Source: Candidatus Poribacteria bacterium
GTDB taxonomy: Bacteria; Poribacteria; WGA-4E; WGA-3G
Direction: 5' to 3'
DNA: 64,000 nucleotides
Assembly (NCBI GenBank): GCA_964291315.2
Contig: OZ219753.1
Coordinates: forward strand, 416,001 to 480,000
Shown here in pieces: positions 20,428-31,476 of this stretch. The stretch's first letter is position 1; every line of letters starts with the position of its first letter. The translations under genes and the position numbers were made by a program. Below the pieces are notes generated by a model, which saw nothing but the letters and a program-made list of their open reading frames with translations, was not told the origin of the DNA and searched no databases.

Positions 20428-20982
20428 TCACGAAATTTCAAGCCCCCAAGCATCCCAGCCTTGGTGTTGTCTCCGGGCAAACAGTTCAATTTTACATTGA
20501 GTAGGAAACATTTCCTCAATCCGTTGACGCACAATATCTGGTTTTTCCGAGTGGCGTGTTCGTTTTGCCTGAACGAGTTGTCTAATGTTTCTTGCCCCTC
20601 GCGGTTGTGGAATTCTACCACGCTTGAAAACGAGGCATAATTCACATTGGCTCATTGTGTAGAAACCCGGATTTACACGTCCTTTGTCCCACACAAAAGC
20701 AACAGTTACCCAGCGGAATCCCCACGCCTTGCCAAGCTGGATTGCTTGATCCAGATGTGGCGATGAGCTCCACATGAAAAGCAAGCAGTTCTCTTCACTA
20801 ATTGCAGTAACATTCCATCTTTCCATTTCTGATACCGGCACGGTTGGATAATGTCGGATTGCACCACCAGTATCTGTTCCGCCACTCCCTGTATGTTGGA
20901 GCTGGCCTTTGTAGTCCCACGGTGGATCCGCATAGATAATGCTGTACTTTTTATTCGGAAAGGGAGTGTAAGATTCCATCAA
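20428..20982 (-). CDS. MT-A70-family adenine methyltransferase
   Basis: IIYADPPW, LFMW, AWGF, FVWDK, HSEKP, IELFAR, GWDAWG. Confidence 0.93.
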   Translation of the reverse strand: MMESYTPFPNKKYSIIYADPPWDYKGQLQHTGSGGTDTGGAIRHYPTVPVSEMERWNVTAISEENCLLFMWSSSPHLDQAIQLGKAWGFRWVTVAFVWDKGRVNPGFYTMSQCELCLVFKRGRIPQPRGARNIRQLVQAKRTRHSEKPDIVRQRIEEMFPTQCKIELFARRQHQGWDAWGLEIS

Positions 20983-20999
20983 TTCGCTGGAAAAATGCC

Positions 21000-21605
21000 C
21001 TATCGTGCTTCAACACTAAGTCCTTCTTGCGGGATGTTGTTGTTCGCGACAAGCATATCTCTATCAAAAATGAAGTCGCTGCGGGAACTGCCAAGAATTT
21101 CTCCCTCTTTTTGGCGTTCACGGAAATATTGGGGGAGTGTTAAACCTGTCATCCGAATCGCATCCTCAGGGCAAGCTTCAACACAATACCCACAAAAAAT
21201 GCAACGGAGCATATTGATCTCAAAGACTTCCGGATACTTTTCGCGCTGATAACCTTCCTTAGTTTTCCAGCCTTCTGGTGCAGGGGCTGCTTGGATAGTG
21301 ATACAGTCGGCGGGACAAGCGGTTGCACACAAGAAACACGCAACACACTTAATTTCGTCCTTCCCGGCCGTCGTCAGTTTGTGAATGCCGCGATACCGAT
21401 CGTTACGTTCATCTACACTCCGCGGATCTTCTGGATATTGGTAAGTTAACTTCTTCTTCGGGAGATGTTTTAACGTGGTAAACAACCCCTTAATTAAGGC
21501 TGGGATATAGAGTCTATCCCAAAAAGACATTTCTTTGCTAACTTTCATCAAAAACTTCCTTTCTATGTTGGGACGAGTCCCTATTACATCCTGCGTTACC
21601 GACAC
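21000..21605 (-). CDS. nuoI: NADH-quinone oxidoreductase subunit I (2x[4Fe-4S])
   Basis: TYQYPE, RYRG.H.L, CVACFLCATACP, RCIFCGYCVEACPEDAI. Confidence 0.9.
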   Translation of the reverse strand: MSVTQDVIGTRPNIERKFLMKVSKEMSFWDRLYIPALIKGLFTTLKHLPKKKLTYQYPEDPRSVDERNDRYRGIHKLTTAGKDEIKCVACFLCATACPADCITIQAAPAPEGWKTKEGYQREKYPEVFEINMLRCIFCGYCVEACPEDAIRMTGLTLPQYFRERQKEGEILGSSRSDFIFDRDMLVANNNIPQEGLSVEAR

Positions 21606-21634
21606 ATCACTTCTCTAGGTGCATGGAAAAATAA

Positions 21635-23191
<1,557 letters not shown>

Positions 23192-23263
23192 TTAAGAGCA
23201 GCGTTATGGGACCCTTACATTGAACATTCACACTGAAAAAAGTATTACCCTCCAATTTTACAT

Positions 23264-23292
23264 ATTATAGCATTTTTCACTGCTTATGTCAA
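23264..23292 (-). promoter_or_regulatory. Consensus sigma70 promoter for the guaB-nuoI-MT-A70 unit
   Basis: TTGACA-17 bp-TATAAT with extended -10 TG; a perfect consensus match. Confidence 0.85.
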
Positions 23293-23560
23293 GAACTTTG
23301 TTACGGAAGCCGGAAGAAAGGGTGAGCTATTTTTGCAGATACGCCCCTAAATGAGACTTACGATATGTCATAAACGGTTTCGGGAGATGCAGCCGACATT
23401 TCTCTATAATTTATTAATATAATATACGAAATCCAAAATTATATCAACCTTTTTTTTTCTGAAAATCCCAGCCTGTGATATAATAGGTCCGTTAGAACTT
23501 TTCAATACAGGTTTGATGAGCCATTTTCACCAATAGGTACAGGATTCAAAGGAGCCACTA

Positions 23561-24604
23561 ATGGATAATCTAAATGTTGGAATAGTCGGACTCGGTTGGG
23601 TAGCCGGCGCTCATATTAAGGCTTTCAAAAATGTGACAGGCGCGGATGTCACTGCCATTTCTTCACGCCGCGAACATGATGAAGCTGTGTTGGCAGAAAC
23701 ATACGGGACACCGCTTAAAGCTTATACAGATTTCGACAAAATGCTCGCCAATCCCGACGTGCATATCATTGATATTTGTACACCACACCCATTTCACGCT
23801 GAACAGGCCATCGCTGCTGCACAAGCCGGTAAACATCTCATCATAGAAAAACCGATCTGCCTTACCTATGACGACGCGAAAGCCATCCGTGATGCAGTCA
23901 AGAGCAATGGGGTTAACGTTTGTGTCTGTTTTGAGTGCCGATATAGTACACATTTCACGATGATCCGTTCCGTCATTGATAACGGCCTGCTCGGGGATCT
24001 TCACTACGCTGAAGTAGATTACTATCATGGCATCGGACCTTGGTACGGACAATACGAATGGAACATCAAAAAAGACTTTGGAGGCAGCTCCTTACTTACA
24101 GCAGGATGCCACGCCCTTGATGCTCTCCTCTTTTTCATGGATGGAAAGGTCGAAGAAGTCACCAGCTATCACACACAATCCACTAGCACAGTCTTTCAAC
24201 CGTACGAATATAAGACGACAAGCGTGAGTCTTCTCAAGTTTGAAGGGGGCGGGAAAATCGGCAAAGTTACCGCCTGTGTCGACTGCTTGCAGCCCTACTA
24301 CTTCCACATCCATCTTGTTGGAAGTGAAGGCAGCTTACTCGATAACCGAATCTATTCGGCAAAACTCAAAGGAATGGATAAAAGTAAGTGGAGTACGCTT
24401 GAAACTTCGCTCATCGACTCAGGTGACGTTAGCGATCATCCGTATGAACCGCAATTCCAAGCGTTTGTAGATAGCATTACCGAGAACAAAGCGATGCCTT
24501 TGACCGATTTTGATACTGCGTTTGAATCACATCGCGTCGTCTTCGCCGCAGACATGTCCTCGGAAGCCGGCGGACGTTCAGTCAAGATGAGCGAGCTCAT
24601 ATAA
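23561..24604 (+). CDS. Gfo/Idh/MocA-family oxidoreductase
   Basis: [25 protein letters not shown]......CH.LD. Confidence 0.93.
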   Translation: MDNLNVGIVGLGWVAGAHIKAFKNVTGADVTAISSRREHDEAVLAETYGTPLKAYTDFDKMLANPDVHIIDICTPHPFHAEQAIAAAQAGKHLIIEKPICLTYDDAKAIRDAVKSNGVNVCVCFECRYSTHFTMIRSVIDNGLLGDLHYAEVDYYHGIGPWYGQYEWNIKKDFGGSSLLTAGCHALDALLFFMDGKVEEVTSYHTQSTSTVFQPYEYKTTSVSLLKFEGGGKIGKVTACVDCLQPYYFHIHLVGSEGSLLDNRIYSAKLKGMDKSKWSTLETSLIDSGDVSDHPYEPQFQAFVDSITENKAMPLTDFDTAFESHRVVFAADMSSEAGGRSVKMSELI

Positions 24605-24605
24605 A

Positions 24606-25190
24606 TCACCAACGCATTGCTGCCTCGCGATAGAGCTGAATCTGATCCATATTGCGAGGCACCGCAACTTGCACAGATTTCCGTTTTCCATTCACATCTC
24701 TGAGCACAATCGGTGCACGAAGCAGGTTGGTCATTGTGACAATACCGGAGCGGTAGAAAACCCACATCTGTTGTTCTGTGTAAGGGTTAAGAACATACTC
24801 ATAAGTATATTCAGCTGGATGGCTACCCAAGTTAACAAAGAGATCATGCTGTGGATACGCGAGCTCAACAGTTGTATCGTGTCCTTGTAAAAACAACTTT
24901 TCAGGCGGGGGTTTGGGCGAATACCCGCTGAGTTTACAATTGCATATTCGAATCGGCGCGCTTGATTTGTTAATCAGATGCAAGGACACAATGATGGCAA
25001 GGCGATGGTCATCGTCGCGGTTTATAAACCACGTATCTTCAGGGATAACCTCTACTGTCAACCCCGGAATCTGTTTTTTTCTGTTATAGACGATCGCTAA
25101 TGTTACAAAACTGATTAAACCGAGGAGCACCCATTGTCCGGTTGGAGTGGTTAAGAATTGAAGGAGTTGTTTTAAGGCTTGTTGTAGCAC
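24606..25190 (-). CDS. Hypothetical membrane-anchored protein
   Basis: N-terminal TM helix then a beta-rich region; overlaps the tsaC stop. Confidence 0.7.
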   Translation of the reverse strand: MLQQALKQLLQFLTTPTGQWVLLGLISFVTLAIVYNRKKQIPGLTVEVIPEDTWFINRDDDHRLAIIVSLHLINKSSAPIRICNCKLSGYSPKPPPEKLFLQGHDTTVELAYPQHDLFVNLGSHPAEYTYEYVLNPYTEQQMWVFYRSGIVTMTNLLRAPIVLRDVNGKRKSVQVAVPRNMDQIQLYREAAMRW

Positions 25191-25783
25191 ATGAACTCCT
25201 TGGTGAGCGTTTCTTCCGAGATCACACCGTGCCTGCGGATCACTGGTGGGGAGACAGAAATATCATGTACTGTAGAGGGAATCGGCCCCGGTGTTTTTCC
25301 GCCGTCAACAATCAAGTCAATTCGTGATGCAAGCTCTCTATTGATTTCTTGCATGCAGGTGGCAGGCGATTCACCTGAGAAATTCGCGCTTGTTACCGCT
25401 GCCGGACCACCAAACGTTCGGAGGATTCGCAGAAGCAATGGGTTATCAGCCATACGGACCCCGACAGTGTCGCCGCCCCCAGTCAATACCGGAAGCAGGT
25501 CTTTCGCCTCGACAACAATTGTTAAACCCCCAGGCCAGTAACGGTCTACAAGATGAAAAAAGAACCCTGGCAAGTTTTGGGCAACATGCCCGATGTCGGC
25601 GACCGAGCTAAGCAGGAGTGGAATCGGCCTGCCCAGCGGGCGGTCTTTCACAGTGTATAGTCTTTGCACAGCATCCGCGTTAAACGGATCTGCCGCTAAA
25701 CCGTAAACTGTATCGGTGGGAACAGCGACGAGACCTCCTGATTTTAAGCAATTTGCGGCTTCAACGCACACATCAGATTCCAA
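25172..25783 (-). CDS. tsaC: Threonylcarbamoyl-AMP synthase (Sua5/YrdC)
   Basis: PTDTVYGL, K.RP, WPG.LT, TSAN.SG, PST; adjacent to tsaD. Confidence 0.93.
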   Translation of the reverse strand: MESDVCVEAANCLKSGGLVAVPTDTVYGLAADPFNADAVQRLYTVKDRPLGRPIPLLLSSVADIGHVAQNLPGFFFHLVDRYWPGGLTIVVEAKDLLPVLTGGGDTVGVRMADNPLLLRILRTFGGPAAVTSANFSGESPATCMQEINRELASRIDLIVDGGKTPGPIPSTVHDISVSPPVIRRHGVISEETLTKEFMCYNKP

Positions 25784-25798
25784 AACCCCTCTCCTCCT

Positions 25799-26854
25799 CT
25801 AGACATCCACAATAGAACCGTTCGCAGCAGCATTCAGAGAAAGACCATCCCGCAATCCCTGATGATACTTCTGATAGGCAATACCGGCGATCATTGCACC
25901 ATTATCTGTACACAGGCTCATTGGTGGATAGTAGACTTCAGCGCCGATCTCTGCAACTGCGGTTTTTAGTGAGGCGCGAAGTTGACTGTTTGCAGCGACA
26001 CCGCCCGTTAATGTCACAGCGTCGGCACCTGTGGATTTTGCCGCACGAATCGACTTGTAAACCAGAACATCTACAACGGCAGCTTGAAAACTAGCCGCAA
26101 CATCTTCAAGCGTTATCTTACCTGCATATATATCGTTCGTATCTTTTGATGCCGCTTCTAAAAGGGACCCGGCACGCCGTGCCTTTTCCACGAAGTAACG
26201 CACTGAGGTTTTGATCCCGCTAAAACTAAATTGATAGTTATCGCTGTTCCGCATCGGTCTCGGGAATTTGATCGCTGTTGGGTTGCCCTTTTGCGCCAAT
26301 TCATCGATGACTTTACCCCCCGGAAAACCGAGCCCAAGGTACTTCGCAACCTTATCGTAGACTTCGCCAGCGGCATCGTCTTGTGTGCTTCCCAATACCT
26401 TATATTGCCATCCTTCCTGAACTTCTACAAGTAAGGTATGCCCTCCAGAAACCGTGAGACAGATATGCGGAAAGGGCAGAGCATCATGTACCATAAAATT
26501 GGCGTAGATATGTCCTTCAATGTGGTTAATACCGAGCAGAGGCAGGTTGTGGCAATACGCCAGACTTTTTGCGGCTGCCACGCCAATCAGTAACGCTCCG
26601 ATTAAACCCGGGCGGTTGGTTACTGCTATTGCTTCCAGGTCTTTAAATGTGGTATCCGCCTCTGCCAATGCCCGATGAACAATGTAGTTAATGGATTCAA
26701 TGTGTTTGCGCGATGCGAGCTCTGGTACAACCCCGCCGTATTCTTGGTGTACCTCAATTTGTGAGGCGACAACGTTAGAAAGCACTTCCCTGCCGTCAGC
26801 AACAACCGCAGCAGCTGTCTCATCACATGAGGTATCAATACCGAGTATTTTCAT
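25799..26854 (-). CDS. tsaD: tRNA N6-adenosine threonylcarbamoyltransferase
   Basis: GIDTSCDET, GGVVPELASR.H, HIEGH, SGGHT, DDAAGE..DK, TDNGAMI. Confidence 0.97.
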   Translation of the reverse strand: MKILGIDTSCDETAAAVVADGREVLSNVVASQIEVHQEYGGVVPELASRKHIESINYIVHRALAEADTTFKDLEAIAVTNRPGLIGALLIGVAAAKSLAYCHNLPLLGINHIEGHIYANFMVHDALPFPHICLTVSGGHTLLVEVQEGWQYKVLGSTQDDAAGEVYDKVAKYLGLGFPGGKVIDELAQKGNPTAIKFPRPMRNSDNYQFSFSGIKTSVRYFVEKARRAGSLLEAASKDTNDIYAGKITLEDVAASFQAAVVDVLVYKSIRAAKSTGADAVTLTGGVAANSQLRASLKTAVAEIGAEVYYPPMSLCTDNGAMIAGIAYQKYHQGLRDGLSLNAAANGSIVDV

Positions 26855-26901
26855 ATCCTGCCCTGCGTCACATTAGAATGGAAATTAGACAAGTGCGATC
26901 C

Positions 26902-28584
26902 TCAAGCATCGCTATCAGCCCAAAGCCATATTTTGCAGGCATCTAGGGCGAGTTCCTTTGCTCTATTCTGGATGGCCGCTTCATTCCAATTTTCCGCTTT
27001 AGCGAGGCTTCGGTTCAATCTCAATGGACTATAGACAAAACCACCTTCAACCATGCGTTTTTTCTCCTGGAACGGACGATCACTTAGTTCTGGATTGTAT
27101 CCGGTGAGCGTCAAGTTGCCCAGAGTATGCAGATAATCCCTGTGTATTCGTTCGAAGTCTTCGCCCAATTCTTGTTGCCATTCTTCTGATAGAAATTCGT
27201 TTTGCGGCATAACATGCTCTATCGTACAGTCCTTAACATTTACTCGTTCCTTATTTTTGTAGTGCTCCAGTTTGCGTAGCAGATATCTACATCTCTTCTT
27301 ATCCTCGTAAAAGGCCTTAGTCCCCAACGCCTCTTTGAATTCAGAATCGTCTGGATATTTTTCCGAACCCTGCATGTTCCGGAAAGCTTCTTTCAGACTC
27401 TCGAGATAATTCTCTTTGTCAATTTGTCTCATCAAGGTGGCAAAAGTTTTGTTGACGTTCTTCGTTGGAATATCACATACAAACCGACGAAAGATATAAC
27501 TTTCCACCCATCGAAGAATGCACATTACCTCTGGTTTTTCAATCCTGTTTTCTGCATAATCCTCATAGACACCAAGCAGAAAGGGATAAACAACTGCAAC
27601 TTCAAGGTCTTTTATGTCTTCCAAACACTCCAGAAGTTGCGGGTCTGTTTCCGACGGTATTGCGATATCAACATATCGCTTCGCGTGAAAATAAATAGCT
27701 TTGACAGTTTCTTCTGCGTCTTCTGGACTTTTTACACGAGATGTATAATAACCCTTGAATGTGTCGTAGACTTTTCTAACAAGTGGGATTCTCTCCGTCT
27801 TTAATGTTAGATAATCCCTCATAAATCTGTCAAATAACTTCGGTTCCTTTTTAAAATATTCTTCCATAGGAAACCAGTAATCGTTGTACAACCTTGTTTG
27901 GAAGCTAATTTCTTGCCCCATTAACACATAGTTGCGGATAAGATCTGCTTGCGATAGTGGCAGTCCAGTGGAATTGAGACTCTCAAAAATTAATTGAGGG
28001 TTATCCTGATCACGGTTTAGCATAAGGTCTACGACTTTTAACTTCTGGATACCTCTATATACGATTTCGATATTGGCTTCTTTAAGGAGGCTTGCAAAAA
28101 ATTGGTAATTTTCTGCCAAAAGAGAGGAATGGTCTTCCGGTAGCTCTCTATTATCCAAAAGACGCATCATAGTATCTCTATCACGCTGACTGAGAAACTG
28201 TTTATAGCGCAGCTCTCCTTTCCAATCGTGATTGAAAAGGTACATATTTGATAGAATTTCTGGTTTTATGCCAATAGCTATCCTTTTTTCTTCGATAGTT
28301 CTGCAGAGCGCCGCAAGCAAAAGAGAAATAGTTGTCAATCTCTGTTGCCCATCAATAACGAGCAGCTTCCGTACATCTCCAAGATTTTGCGGTTCTGGCT
28401 CCATGTAGACGATGGACCCAAAAAAATGGGGAGGAGCTTCAGAATGTGCACCAACGCGCAGCACATCCTCCCACAGTTGATGACAATGTCGCTTTTTCCA
28501 ACTGTACATGCGCTGATAAATTGGAATAACAAACTGTTGTGAACCCTCTAACAATTTCAGAATAGGCGTTACCGTAGCTATCAT
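26902..28584 (-). CDS. DUF262-DUF1524 fusion (GmrSD-like type IV restriction endonuclease)
   Basis: IPIYQR.YSW, IDGQQRLTT, FESLNSTG, TIEHVMPQ, LGNLTL..YN. Confidence 0.9.
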   Translation of the reverse strand: MIATVTPILKLLEGSQQFVIPIYQRMYSWKKRHCHQLWEDVLRVGAHSEAPPHFFGSIVYMEPEPQNLGDVRKLLVIDGQQRLTTISLLLAALCRTIEEKRIAIGIKPEILSNMYLFNHDWKGELRYKQFLSQRDRDTMMRLLDNRELPEDHSSLLAENYQFFASLLKEANIEIVYRGIQKLKVVDLMLNRDQDNPQLIFESLNSTGLPLSQADLIRNYVLMGQEISFQTRLYNDYWFPMEEYFKKEPKLFDRFMRDYLTLKTERIPLVRKVYDTFKGYYTSRVKSPEDAEETVKAIYFHAKRYVDIAIPSETDPQLLECLEDIKDLEVAVVYPFLLGVYEDYAENRIEKPEVMCILRWVESYIFRRFVCDIPTKNVNKTFATLMRQIDKENYLESLKEAFRNMQGSEKYPDDSEFKEALGTKAFYEDKKRCRYLLRKLEHYKNKERVNVKDCTIEHVMPQNEFLSEEWQQELGEDFERIHRDYLHTLGNLTLTGYNPELSDRPFQEKKRMVEGGFVYSPLRLNRSLAKAENWNEAAIQNRAKELALDACKIWLWADSDA

Positions 28585-28708
28585 TGATCCTCCTTCTCTT
28601 TATTAAATCATGAAGTTCTACCTCTATATACCAAACGCACGCAGAAAATAGAGAGTGCCTACAATTTTCGTTTGGCTGCAAACGGGCTGAAATCGGTTTT
28701 GTTGTGTG

Positions 28709-29971
28709 CTAACTGATCTTAGCGAATTGCTTCCCCGGCAACTGCTGCACAACATCCTTGAGCTCCAGCATCAAAAGCACGCTAGAAACCTGACTAATAG
28801 GTAATTGTGTTGTCCGAACGATAACATCAATATGCGATGACGGAGCTTGGATAGCATCGAAAACCAGCTTTTCATCTGCTGTTAAATCCGGTGGGACGCT
28901 CTGAACAGGCCGCTGGGTTTTGGCAGATGATTGTAGGTTACTGTGTTCAGTGCCAGCCTTCTCAACAGATAGCTTTTGAGAAGATCCAGCTTCTATATCT
29001 GCCCTGGATGATGTAGGTGCCAAAGACTGTATTTGGTTTAATACATGCTGGGGGAGCTCATTGAGGAGATCATCCACGGTGCCGATAAGTTTCGCACCAT
29101 TATTAATTAATTTATGAGTCCCTGTAGAAAGCTCGGAGAAGATTTCTCCCGGCACAGCAAAGACTTCTCTGCCTTGTTCACTTGCAAGCCGAGCTGTAAT
29201 AAGCGCACCGCTTTGGTTTGATGCCTCCACTACAACAGTTCCGAGCGTCAATCCACTGATAATACGGTTACGACGTGGAAAATTCCTAGGTTTCGGTTTA
29301 ACTTTGATAGGAAATTCAGAAATCAGGGCACCAGAGGTCTCAATTTTTTCAGCGAGGCTGCGATTGGCTGCAGGATAGATAAGACTCAATCCGTTCCCCA
29401 TTACCGCGATGGTTCTACCACCTGCTTCAAGAGCCCCACGATGCGCCGATGTATCAATACCTTGTGCGAACCCGCTGACAACCGTCAGTCCAAGTTGCGC
29501 GAGTTGATAGCTCAGGCGATAACTCACTTTTCTCCCGTAATCCCTCGCCTGCCGAGAACCGACAATGGAAATGCTCAGTGAGTCTCCCGGCATCAGTTCA
29601 CCTTTGACGTACAGCACCAGTGGAGGCGTATCAATTTCTTTCAAGTACGACGGATATGTGTCATCATAAAGCGTTAAAACCCGACATCCATACTCCTTTA
29701 TCAACTCTAGCTCACGTTCTATCGGATATAAAACGGGTTTCTGAATCAACAGATCACACATCGCCGGTGAAATGCCATCTATCTTTCTAAGTTCATCTGA
29801 CGTTGCCTGCAGCGCCCGCTCTGCACTACCAAACACATCGCGCAAGACTTGAACCGTTTTTAATCCAACGCCTTTCATCAAGTTAAAATGAATTAAACTG
29901 ATTGTCTCGTTAGAAAGCATTTTCCCGCCTTGCGCGATGTTACAGATGAAATTTTTGGGCTCCTTTTCCAA
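28709..29971 (-). CDS. dprA: DNA-processing protein DprA (start may be ATG 29920)
   Basis: IVGSR, VVSG.A.GID..AH, FPRRNRIISGL, VVEA...SGALITA, C-terminal winged helix. Confidence 0.96.
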   Translation of the reverse strand: MEKEPKNFICNIAQGGKMLSNETISLIHFNLMKGVGLKTVQVLRDVFGSAERALQATSDELRKIDGISPAMCDLLIQKPVLYPIERELELIKEYGCRVLTLYDDTYPSYLKEIDTPPLVLYVKGELMPGDSLSISIVGSRQARDYGRKVSYRLSYQLAQLGLTVVSGFAQGIDTSAHRGALEAGGRTIAVMGNGLSLIYPAANRSLAEKIETSGALISEFPIKVKPKPRNFPRRNRIISGLTLGTVVVEASNQSGALITARLASEQGREVFAVPGEIFSELSTGTHKLINNGAKLIGTVDDLLNELPQHVLNQIQSLAPTSSRADIEAGSSQKLSVEKAGTEHSNLQSSAKTQRPVQSVPPDLTADEKLVFDAIQAPSSHIDVIVRTTQLPISQVSSVLLMLELKDVVQQLPGKQFAKIS

Positions 29972-29994
29972 ACATGTTTATTGCTCATAGAACC

Positions 29995-30585
29995 CTACTG
30001 AGCCGCTGTTGCTGTTTCGGCTGGATCCGGAGGCAGCGCGTAATAGATCTCAATTTCTTGAATCTTCTTGTATTCAGCTGCGCTCGGGGCCCCAGTTTCC
30101 CCGCGTGTCGAACGTTTCTGGCCAGTCACGCGGCGCGAATCCCAACGACGCGGCACTTTCAACCGAAATTTTGTTGTGACAATCGGGTCCCTCAAAGTAA
30201 ACCTGTAAACTGTGCGAAGATTGTCTTTTACCTCTTTGATCGTAACCCATGTTCCCTCTTCATTCATATACTGAACTGAGAAGAATTCCATTTGACCCTC
30301 TTCGGCTTTAACGACAACTTGTTGTATAGTCTGTGGTTGTCGCCACTTGAGAACAGCTTCAGTATAGTCATCAGATTCCATCTGGGATGCCTGATCCTTT
30401 TCATCTTCAAGAATAGGCCCGGTCTCTCCGCGCGTGTGTATATTGTCGTCGTGATACCTTGTATCTTCACTTGTTGCATCAATTGCAATGTTCTCGCTCC
30501 AATTATAGTTTGGGTTTGACGCAAGAATACACCCTGATAATCCAATCAACCCGCAGAGAATTATCGCTAAGAGTCCAGATCGCAT
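29995..30585 (-). CDS. Lipoprotein, probable discoidin/F5-8-like beta sandwich
   Basis: Lipobox LSGC; WSENIA...KFRLKV...KIQEIEIY; paralogous to the neighbour. Confidence 0.65.
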   Translation of the reverse strand: MRSGLLAIILCGLIGLSGCILASNPNYNWSENIAIDATSEDTRYHDDNIHTRGETGPILEDEKDQASQMESDDYTEAVLKWRQPQTIQQVVVKAEEGQMEFFSVQYMNEEGTWVTIKEVKDNLRTVYRFTLRDPIVTTKFRLKVPRRWDSRRVTGQKRSTRGETGAPSAAEYKKIQEIEIYYALPPDPAETATAAQ

Positions 30586-30682
30586 ATGTCGCTCCTTGTC
30601 ATTCGAGACGGTTTAAAAACCGTTCGGTTTAGTCCGAGGTTCTGGCATCTATATAACAGCCAGTTTGGTATTTACACCCATA

Positions 30683-31321
30683 TTACTCCAATTCGAGTAA
30701 ATCATCAAGCTCTTTTTTACGTTTATCGGTGGCTTCTTCCAACGCTATCTGCTCAGAAGTCTTATAGCCGTAAAGTTCAATCTCTCGAATTTTGCCGACT
30801 GCGCGCCGACTACTAACATTCCAGCCCCTGCCGCCAGAACGTGCGCGTTCTTGACGACTCAGCAGAGCATCATCTTTTGTTCCCAAAACGCGCAACCGAA
30901 TTCGATCCGTCGGAAATGGAATTAGTAGAGAAATTTTAATAGGGCTGCTTTTGACGCTCTTTACGTCTTTAATCAACTGCCAATCTGCTTCAACCGCAAT
31001 ACTTCCTTTATCCGCGAAAATATCAAACTCTGTCAAATTATCGGAATGCACCACAATTCGACGGATAATCTTTCGTTCCGGCAAAGTAATCACAACTTGA
31101 GAGGCAGGATTTGCACCAATGAACCCTTGTGAACCTGTGGGGAAGCTGGTTTCACCGATCGTATTGAGCTTGCCATCAATCATCTGAGGGCTTGTGGATT
31201 GTGTTCCTTCCATGAGAGCATAATTTTCGCTCCATTCCTGCTCCGAGAACAACACGCTGCACCCGCTGAAAACAACAGCAAAGCAGGACAGCGAAAAAAG
31301 GGCTATAAACCGATAGATCAT
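30683..31321 (-). CDS. Lipoprotein, probable discoidin/F5-8-like beta sandwich
   Basis: Lipobox FSGC; WSENYA...MIDG...RIRLRV...KIREIELYG. Confidence 0.65.
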   Translation of the reverse strand: MIYRFIALFSLSCFAVVFSGCSVLFSEQEWSENYALMEGTQSTSPQMIDGKLNTIGETSFPTGSQGFIGANPASQVVITLPERKIIRRIVVHSDNLTEFDIFADKGSIAVEADWQLIKDVKSVKSSPIKISLLIPFPTDRIRLRVLGTKDDALLSRQERARSGGRGWNVSSRRAVGKIREIELYGYKTSEQIALEEATDKRKKELDDLLELE

Positions 31322-31476
31322 CTTTTGACTCCTTATGATACCACACTCCGGTAGGAACCCGCGTGCTACGGTATTTCATTTAATTAATGATACAATGATT
31401 ACAAATTCAAATCAATAAGTCCTTCACAAAGCAACATGCTCTCTTAAGAAGGGCTATTAGTACGCAATGTCTCCGG

